Of a DNA stretch of 64,000 nucleotides, positions 57,434 through 64,000 are shown in pieces. The first letter of the stretch is position 1, and every line of letters starts with the position of its first letter. The position numbers and the translations under genes are program-made. Below the pieces are notes generated by a model. That model saw only the letters and a list, made by a program, of their open reading frames with translations, was not told where the DNA came from and did no database searches. Location of the stretch: NCBI RefSeq assembly GCF_054482595.1, contig NZ_CM137008.1; one strand, 5' to 3'.

Positions 57434-58695
57434 CGCAGACTCCTGATAACGTCGCCCGCCAGATGCCACAGGCCGTGACGACGTAAATGACGCCAGAATA
57501 ACTGGCGCAGCGGTGGAACAGGTTTATCACCCTGATCCCATAAATCGCGGGAAATATCCTGCATTAACGCAGGCCACGCCCAATACCAGCCAGGGCGTTG
57601 CAAAAGCGCCGGAACATGCTGATAACGCTGTAGAACATCCCACAGCAGGCTGCGCTCGACGTTGTGATGATAAAGCGGAAACAGATTTTGCGGCTCGCAG
57701 TGCTGGCAGGCGCTTATCAGCGTTTGTGCCGCCGCCTGTGCGCCAGTCAGCGCCATATCCATGCCGCGCACGGAGATTCCGGTATTGACGCAACTGCGTA
57801 ACGCATCGCCCACCAGCAGCCAGCCGTTACCGGCGTATTGCACTGGCATACTGTGCAAGCCACCTTCTGGCACCAGATGCGCACCATACTCCAGTGATTC
57901 CGTGTTTTTGATAAGCGGGCGCACTGCCGGATACGTTTTAAAGCGAGCCAGCAGCTCGCTTGCCGGAACACGACTTTGCGTAAGGGAAGAGAGCGGGCAA
58001 ACAATCCCTAACGAGAGCGTTTGTTGATTAGTATAAAGAAATGCGCCGCCGGGAAAGTCATCACAGATTCCGCCGCTGAACAGCAACGCTGCGCCTTCGT
58101 TATTCTCCAGATGAAAACGTTCTTCAATAGCGGATGTTTCCAGCGACAGCACTTCTTTGATCCCCAACGCCATCGCTTCGCCAGCAGGACGAGTCACTAA
58201 TCCGTGACGTTCAGCCAGGACGCTGTTGGCACCTTCTGCCAGCACCACATAACGGGCGCGGAGAATATCGTCACCACAAATGACACCACACACTCTGCCG
58301 TTTTCTTCATACAGTGCATCCACCGTCGCTCCGGGGATACATTCGACACCTTCTTTTTCGGCTTCGGCAACCAGCCACGGATCGAACCGTGCACGTAATA
58401 CACTCCAGGATTCACCGCCGGGCTGTAAGCTGGAAAACGTCGTTGCGCCATCCGGCGTTAACAGGGAAAGGCTTTCGTGAGTGATGCGTCGTTCAAGAGG
58501 CGCGGTCAGATGAAACTGAGGGAGGAGTTCCGCGAGTGCATGGGTATATAACCGCCCGCCGGAAAGATTTTTGCTGCCGGGGATTTCAGCGCGTTCCAGT
58601 AACAAAACGGATAAACCCGCTCGCGCGCAGCGTAACGCGCAAGCGGTGCCTGCAATACCGGCACCAATAATAATAATGTCGCAGTCGTCTTCCAT
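57424..58695 (-). CDS. ygcN: FAD-dependent oxidoreductase (FixC / ETF-QO-like)
   Basis: ORF 57424..58725; start chosen at MEDDCDIIIIGAGIAG (423 aa); dinucleotide-binding motif. Confidence 0.8.
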   Translation of the reverse strand: MEDDCDIIIIGAGIAGTACALRCARAGLSVLLLERAEIPGSKNLSGGRLYTHALAELLPQFHLTAPLERRITHESLSLLTPDGATTFSSLQPGGESWSVLRARFDPWLVAEAEKEGVECIPGATVDALYEENGRVCGVICGDDILRARYVVLAEGANSVLAERHGLVTRPAGEAMALGIKEVLSLETSAIEERFHLENNEGAALLFSGGICDDFPGGAFLYTNQQTLSLGIVCPLSSLTQSRVPASELLARFKTYPAVRPLIKNTESLEYGAHLVPEGGLHSMPVQYAGNGWLLVGDALRSCVNTGISVRGMDMALTGAQAAAQTLISACQHCEPQNLFPLYHHNVERSLLWDVLQRYQHVPALLQRPGWYWAWPALMQDISRDLWDQGDKPVPPLRQLFWRHLRRHGLWHLAGDVIRSLRCL

Positions 58696-58772
58696 GTCAT
58701 GCCCCAGATATCCTGAACACAACACCCTAACATAGCGTTACTTAAGGGAAATTGACCGCCGACACACTCTTA

Positions 58773-59138
58773 TCATTCGCCGCGATAGATACAACCAGCG
58801 GTGCAGGTTTCTTTTACCATCACCGCACTTAACAGCGGCACAACGGGTTTAACCTGATCCCAAATCCATTTTGCTAAAACTTCGCTGGTCGGGTTTTCCA
58901 GACCTGGAATATCATTGAGATAATGGTGATCGAGGCGCTCATAAGTTGGCTTAAACGCCGCTTTCAGTTCAGCGAAATCGATAATCCAGCCCGTATGCGG
59001 ATCGACTTCCCCGGTAATTTCCAGTCGCACCATAAAGGAATGCCCGTGCAGGCGACCACATTTATGCCCTTCCGGGACGTGTGGTAAGCGGTGAGCGGCT
59101 TCGAAGGTGAAATCTTTAAATAACGTGGTGGACATCAT
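58773..59138 (-). CDS. queD: 6-carboxy-5,6,7,8-tetrahydropterin synthase
   Basis: ORF 58773..59222; start chosen at [19 protein letters not shown] (about 121 aa); His-motif HGHSF. Confidence 0.85.
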   Translation of the reverse strand: MMSTTLFKDFTFEAAHRLPHVPEGHKCGRLHGHSFMVRLEITGEVDPHTGWIIDFAELKAAFKPTYERLDHHYLNDIPGLENPTSEVLAKWIWDQVKPVVPLLSAVMVKETCTAGCIYRGE

Positions 59139-59453
59139 AATTTCTCTACAGGACGATAAAACCGCCGTAGAGTACCGGAAAGGCTGTTTTTTCGCATTAT
59201 CTAAAACGACTTTGTTGCGCAAAATCGCTGATTTATCTTAATGATTGGCTAAATTCATTTGTTTTTCATTAGGTTGGTTAATCTATTTTGTTGTTAAAGA
59301 CTATTGCTAAAACAGGTTAGTCGATTTGGTTATTAGTTATCGCTATCCCGTCTTTAATCCACACCGTTCACCCCGTTAACCTTACCTTCTCTTCTGTTTT
59401 ATGGGCGCTGACAGGGCGCAGAAACAGCTTTGCTTACTGGAACATAACGACGC

Positions 59454-61253
59454 ATGACGACACAGGTCCCACCTTCCGCGTTGCTTCCGTTGAACCCGGA
59501 GCAACTGGCACGCCTTCAGGCGGCCACGACCGATTTAACTCCCACCCAGCTTGCCTGGGTTTCTGGCTATTTCTGGGGCGTGCTCAATCAGCAGCCTGCT
59601 GCGCTTGCAGCGACGCCAGCGCCAGCCGCAGAAATGCCGGGTATAACTATTATCTCTGCTTCGCAAACCGGCAATGCGCGCCGGGTTGCTGAAGCATTAC
59701 GCGATGATTTATTAGCAGAAAAACTGAACGTTAAGCTGGTGAACGCGGGCGACTATAAATTCAAACAAATCGCCAGCGAAAAACTGCTCATCGTAGTGAC
59801 GTCAACGCAAGGGGAAGGGGAACCGCCGGAAGAAGCCGTCGCGCTGCATAAGTTCCTGTTCTCCAAAAAAGCGCCGAAGCTGGAAAATACCGCTTTTGCC
59901 GTGTTTAGCCTCGGCGATAGTTCTTATGAATTTTTCTGCCAGTCCGGGAAAGATTTCGACAGCAAGCTGGCGGAACTGGGCGGTGAACGCCTGCTCGACC
60001 GTGTCGACGCCGACGTTGAATACCAGGCTGCTGCCAGCGAGTGGCGCGCCCGCGTGGTTGATGCGCTTAAATCGCGTGCGCCTGTCGCGGCACCTTCGCA
60101 ATCCGTCGCTACTGGCGCGGTAAATGAAATCCACACCAGCCCGTACAGCAAAGACGCGCCGCTGGTGGCTAGCCTCTCTGTTAACCAGAAAATTACCGGG
60201 CGTAACTCTGAAAAAGACGTTCGCCATATCGAAATTGACTTAGGTGACTCGGGCCTGCGCTATCAGCCGGGCGACGCGCTGGGCGTGTGGTATCAGAACG
60301 ATCCGGCACTGGTGAAAGAACTTGTCGAACTGCTGTGGCTGAAAGGCGATGAAACTGTCACCGTTGACGGCAAAACGCTGACCCTGCGCGAAGCGCTACA
60401 GTGGCACTTCGAACTGACGGTTAACACCGCCAATATCGTTGAGAACTATGCCACGCTTACCCGCAGTGAAACGCTGCTGCCGCTGGTGGGCGATAAAGCG
60501 AAGTTGCAGCATTACGCCGCGACCACGCCGATTGTCGATATGGTGCGTTTCTCTCCGGCACAGCTTGATGCTGAAGCGCTGATTAACCTGCTGCGCCCGC
60601 TGACGCCGCGCCTCTATTCCATCGCCTCATCGCAGGCTGAAGTGGAAAGTGAAGTGCACGTCACCGTTGGTGTCGTTCGTTATGACATTGAAGGCCGCGC
60701 CCGTGCGGGTGGTGCCTCCAGCTTCCTCGCGGACCGCGTGGAAGAAGAGGGTGAAGTCCGCGTCTTTATCGAACATAACGATAACTTCCGCCTGCCCGCT
60801 AACCCGGAAACCCCGGTGATTATGATTGGCCCAGGCACCGGTATCGCGCCGTTCCGCGCCTTTATGCAGCAACGTGCTGCCGATGAAGCACCGGGTAAAA
60901 ACTGGCTGTTCTTTGGCAACCCGCATTTTACGGAAGATTTCCTCTACCAGGTGGAGTGGCAGCGCTACGTCAAAGAGGGTGTGCTGACGCGGATCGATCT
61001 CGCCTGGTCGCGCGATCAAAAAGAAAAAGTTTACGTACAAGACAAACTGCGCGAACAGGGCGCGGAGCTGTGGCGCTGGATCAATGACGGTGCCCACATT
61101 TATGTCTGCGGCGACGCTAATCGCATGGCGAAAGACGTTGAGCAGGCACTTCTGGAAGTGATTGCCGAATTTGGTGGCATGGACACCGAAGCGGCGGATG
61201 AATTTTTAAGTGAGCTGCGCGTAGAGCGCCGTTATCAGCGAGATGTCTACTAA
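59454..61253 (+). CDS. cysJ: Sulfite reductase [NADPH] flavoprotein alpha subunit
   Basis: 599-aa ORF with flavodoxin and FNR-like domains; stop overlaps cysI start. Confidence 0.93.
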   Translation: MTTQVPPSALLPLNPEQLARLQAATTDLTPTQLAWVSGYFWGVLNQQPAALAATPAPAAEMPGITIISASQTGNARRVAEALRDDLLAEKLNVKLVNAGDYKFKQIASEKLLIVVTSTQGEGEPPEEAVALHKFLFSKKAPKLENTAFAVFSLGDSSYEFFCQSGKDFDSKLAELGGERLLDRVDADVEYQAAASEWRARVVDALKSRAPVAAPSQSVATGAVNEIHTSPYSKDAPLVASLSVNQKITGRNSEKDVRHIEIDLGDSGLRYQPGDALGVWYQNDPALVKELVELLWLKGDETVTVDGKTLTLREALQWHFELTVNTANIVENYATLTRSETLLPLVGDKAKLQHYAATTPIVDMVRFSPAQLDAEALINLLRPLTPRLYSIASSQAEVESEVHVTVGVVRYDIEGRARAGGASSFLADRVEEEGEVRVFIEHNDNFRLPANPETPVIMIGPGTGIAPFRAFMQQRAADEAPGKNWLFFGNPHFTEDFLYQVEWQRYVKEGVLTRIDLAWSRDQKEKVYVQDKLREQGAELWRWINDGAHIYVCGDANRMAKDVEQALLEVIAEFGGMDTEAADEFLSELRVERRYQRDVY

Positions 61254-62965
61254 TGAGCGAAAAACATCCAGGGCCTTTAGTGGTTGAAGGAAAACTGACA
61301 GACGCCGAGCGCATGAAGCTTGAAAGCAACTACCTGCGCGGCACCATTGCGGAAGATTTAAACGACGGCCTGACCGGCGGCTTTAAGGGCGATAACTTCC
61401 TGCTGATCCGCTTCCACGGCATGTATCAGCAGGATGACCGCGACATCCGCGCCGAACGTGCTGAACAGAAGCTGGAGCCGCGCCACGCGATGCTGCTTCG
61501 CTGTCGTCTGCCGGGGGGAGTGATTACCACTAAACAGTGGCAGGCGATCGACAAATTTGCCGGTGAAAACACCATCTATGGCAGCATTCGCCTGACCAAC
61601 CGCCAGACGTTTCAGTTCCACGGCATTCTGAAAAAGAACGTCAAACCGGTGCACCAGATGCTGCACTCGGTCGGTCTTGATGCGCTGGCGACCGCTAACG
61701 ACATGAACCGTAACGTACTCTGCACCTCGAACCCTTACGAGTCGCAGCTGCACGCAGAAGCGTACGAGTGGGCGAAGAAAATCTCTGAACATCTGCTGCC
61801 TCGTACCCGCGCGTATGCGGAGATCTGGCTCGATCAGGAAAAAGTCGCCACCACTGATGAAGAACCGATCCTCGGCCAGACCTACCTGCCGCGTAAATTC
61901 AAAACCACGGTAGTGATCCCGCCACAGAACGATATCGATCTGCACGCCAACGACATGAACTTCGTGGCGATCGCCGAAAACGGCAAGCTGGTGGGCTTTA
62001 ACCTGTTGGTGGGCGGTGGGCTTTCTATCGAACACGGCAACAAGAAAACCTACGCCCGCACGGCGAGTGAGTTTGGCTATCTGCCGCTAGAGCATACGCT
62101 AGCGGTGGCGGAAGCCGTCGTGACAACTCAGCGTGACTGGGGTAACCGAACCGATCGTAAAAATGCCAAAACCAAATACACGCTGGAGCGAGTGGGAGTT
62201 GAGACGTTTAAAGCGGAAGTGGAGCGTCGCGCGGGGATCAAATTTGAACCGATCCGTCCGTATGAGTTCACCGGACGTGGAGATCGTATTGGCTGGGTTA
62301 AGGGCATTGATGATAACTGGCACCTGACGCTGTTTATCGAAAATGGTCGCATCCTTGATTATCCGGGGCGTCCGCTGAAAACCGGCCTGCTGGAGATCGC
62401 GAAGATCCACAAAGGTGATTTCCGCATTACGGCGAACCAGAATCTGATCATCGCCGGTGTGCCGGAAAGCGAGAAAGCGAAGATCGAGAAGATCGCCAAA
62501 GAGAGCGGGTTAATGAATGCCGTCACGCCGCAGCGTGAAAACTCAATGGCCTGCGTCTCGTTCCCGACTTGCCCGCTGGCGATGGCGGAAGCGGAGCGTT
62601 TCCTGCCGTCTTTTATCGACAACATCGATAATTTAATGGCGAAACATGGTGTCAGCGATGAGCATATCGTGATGCGTGTAACAGGCTGCCCGAACGGTTG
62701 TGGTCGCGCGATGCTGGCGGAAGTGGGCCTGGTGGGTAAAGCGCCGGGTCGCTACAACCTGCATCTTGGCGGCAACCGTATTGGGACACGTATCCCACGG
62801 ATGTATAAAGAAAACATCACCAAGCCGGAAATCCTGGCGTCGCTTGATGAACTGATAGGGCGCTGGGCGAAAGAGCGCGAAGCGGGTGAAGGCTTCGGCG
62901 ACTTTACGGTGCGTGCGGGCATCATTCGCCCGGTGCTCGATCCGGCGCGCGATTTGTGGGATTAA
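61253..62965 (+). CDS. cysI: Sulfite reductase [NADPH] hemoprotein beta subunit
   Basis: 570-aa ORF; sirohaem/Fe4S4 Cys motifs ([18 protein letters not shown]). Confidence 0.93.
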
Positions 62966-62980
62966 CCATCAGCCCGGTCT

Positions 62981-63018
62981 TGTAGGCCTGATAAGACGCG
63001 TGAGCGTCGCATCAGGCA
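62981..63018. repeat. REP element between cysI and cysH
   Basis: tgtaggcctgataagacgcgtgagcgtcgcatcaggca, nearly identical to the REP unit at about 56478. Confidence 0.7.
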
Positions 63019-63038
63019 AGGCAAACAGTGAGGAATCT

Positions 63039-63773
63039 ATGTCCAAACTCGATCTAAACGCCCTGAACGAACTGCCGAAGGTAGATCGCATTCTGGCGCT
63101 GGCGGAAACTAACGCCCAACTGGAAAAACTGGACGCTGAAGGCCGCGTAGCCTGGGCGCTGGATAATCTGCCCGGTGAATATGTGCTTTCTTCCAGCTTC
63201 GGCATTCAGGCGGCGGTGAGCCTGCATCTGGTGAATCAGATTCGCCCGGATATTCCAGTGATCCTCACCGATACCGGTTACTTGTTCCCGGAAACCTACC
63301 GCTTTATCGATGAGTTAACGGACAAACTCAAGCTCAACCTGAAAGTGTACCGTGCTACCGAAAGCGCAGCCTGGCAGGAAGCACGCTACGGAAAACTGTG
63401 GGAACAGGGCGTTGAAGGCATTGAAAAGTACAATGACATCAACAAAGTCGAACCGATGAACCGGGCGCTGAAAGAACTTAACGCGCAAACGTGGTTTGCT
63501 GGCCTGCGCCGTGAACAATCCGGCAGCCGCGCCAATTTACCGGTGCTGGCAATTCAGCGTGGCGTATTTAAAGTGCTGCCGATTATCGACTGGGATAACC
63601 GAACGATATATCAGTATCTGCAAAAGCATGGCCTGAAATATCACCCATTATGGGACGAAGGATATTTATCGGTGGGCGATACCCATACAACCCGTAAATG
63701 GGAACCCGGCATGGCGGAAGAAGAAACGCGTTTCTTTGGCTTAAAAAGGGAATGTGGGTTACACGAAGGGTAA
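63039..63773 (+). CDS. cysH: Phosphoadenosine phosphosulfate (PAPS) reductase
   Basis: ORF 62886..63773; start chosen at [15 protein letters not shown] (244 aa) after RBS gaggaa; C-terminal ECGLH motif. Confidence 0.92.
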
Positions 63774-63782
63774 ATATTGCCG

Positions 63783-63822
63783 GATAAATTAAACGCCTCT
63801 GTCAGAAATGATGGGGGCGTTT
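63783..63822 (+). terminator. Probable intrinsic terminator after cysH
   Basis: aaacgcctc...gggggcgtttttatttt hairpin plus T-run. Confidence 0.5.
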
Positions 63823-64000
63823 TTATTTTGCGAGCAGCATTCCTGATTTTAAACGTGAACGCCGCTGGAAGAATTATCAGGTATAGAATGGCGTCGGGTG
63901 CTTGAGGCTGTCTGGCGTTAAGCATTCGCGAGGTTCCAGATGGACAAAAGCCCCAGGCGATATTTCTATCAACCTGAGGCTCGCGTTCGAACGTAGCAAT

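Overview
This window reads as an Escherichia coli chromosomal segment running from the 3' end of amiC to cysH, in reverse orientation to the usual K-12 map. All calls rest on reading the sequence and ORF track against remembered protein families and gene order; no database search was run. About 55 protein genes are supported: amiC (partial), mltA, tcdA-csdE-csdA, ygdI, gcvA, ygdD, rlmM, the complete fucose regulon (fucR-U-K-I-P / fucA-O), xni, sdaB-sdaC, ppnN, queF, syd, yqcC-truC-yqcA, gudP-gudX-gudD, barA, rlmD, relA-mazE-mazF-mazG, pyrG, eno, queE, the ygcE/yqcE/ygcW/ygcU/ygcS/ygcR/ygcQ/ygcP/ygcO/ygcN cluster, queD and cysJ-cysI-cysH. RNA genes are three tandem tRNA-fMet copies and the sRNAs GcvB and CsrB. 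There is an orphan type I-E CRISPR array (8 repeats, 7 spacers of 32 nt) plus a degenerate remnant array, with no cas genes inside the window. Several REP/BIME elements sit in convergent intergenic gaps; no IS element or prophage was seen. The most unusual content is (1) a LemA plus three tandem TPM-domain paralog operon between eno and queE, beside the CRISPR leader, which looks strain-variable, and (2) the poorly characterised ygc island, where a strong hairpin plus U-tract sits between CRP-like boxes and the ygcW ribosome-binding site and the island also encodes a GlpP-like antiterminator.
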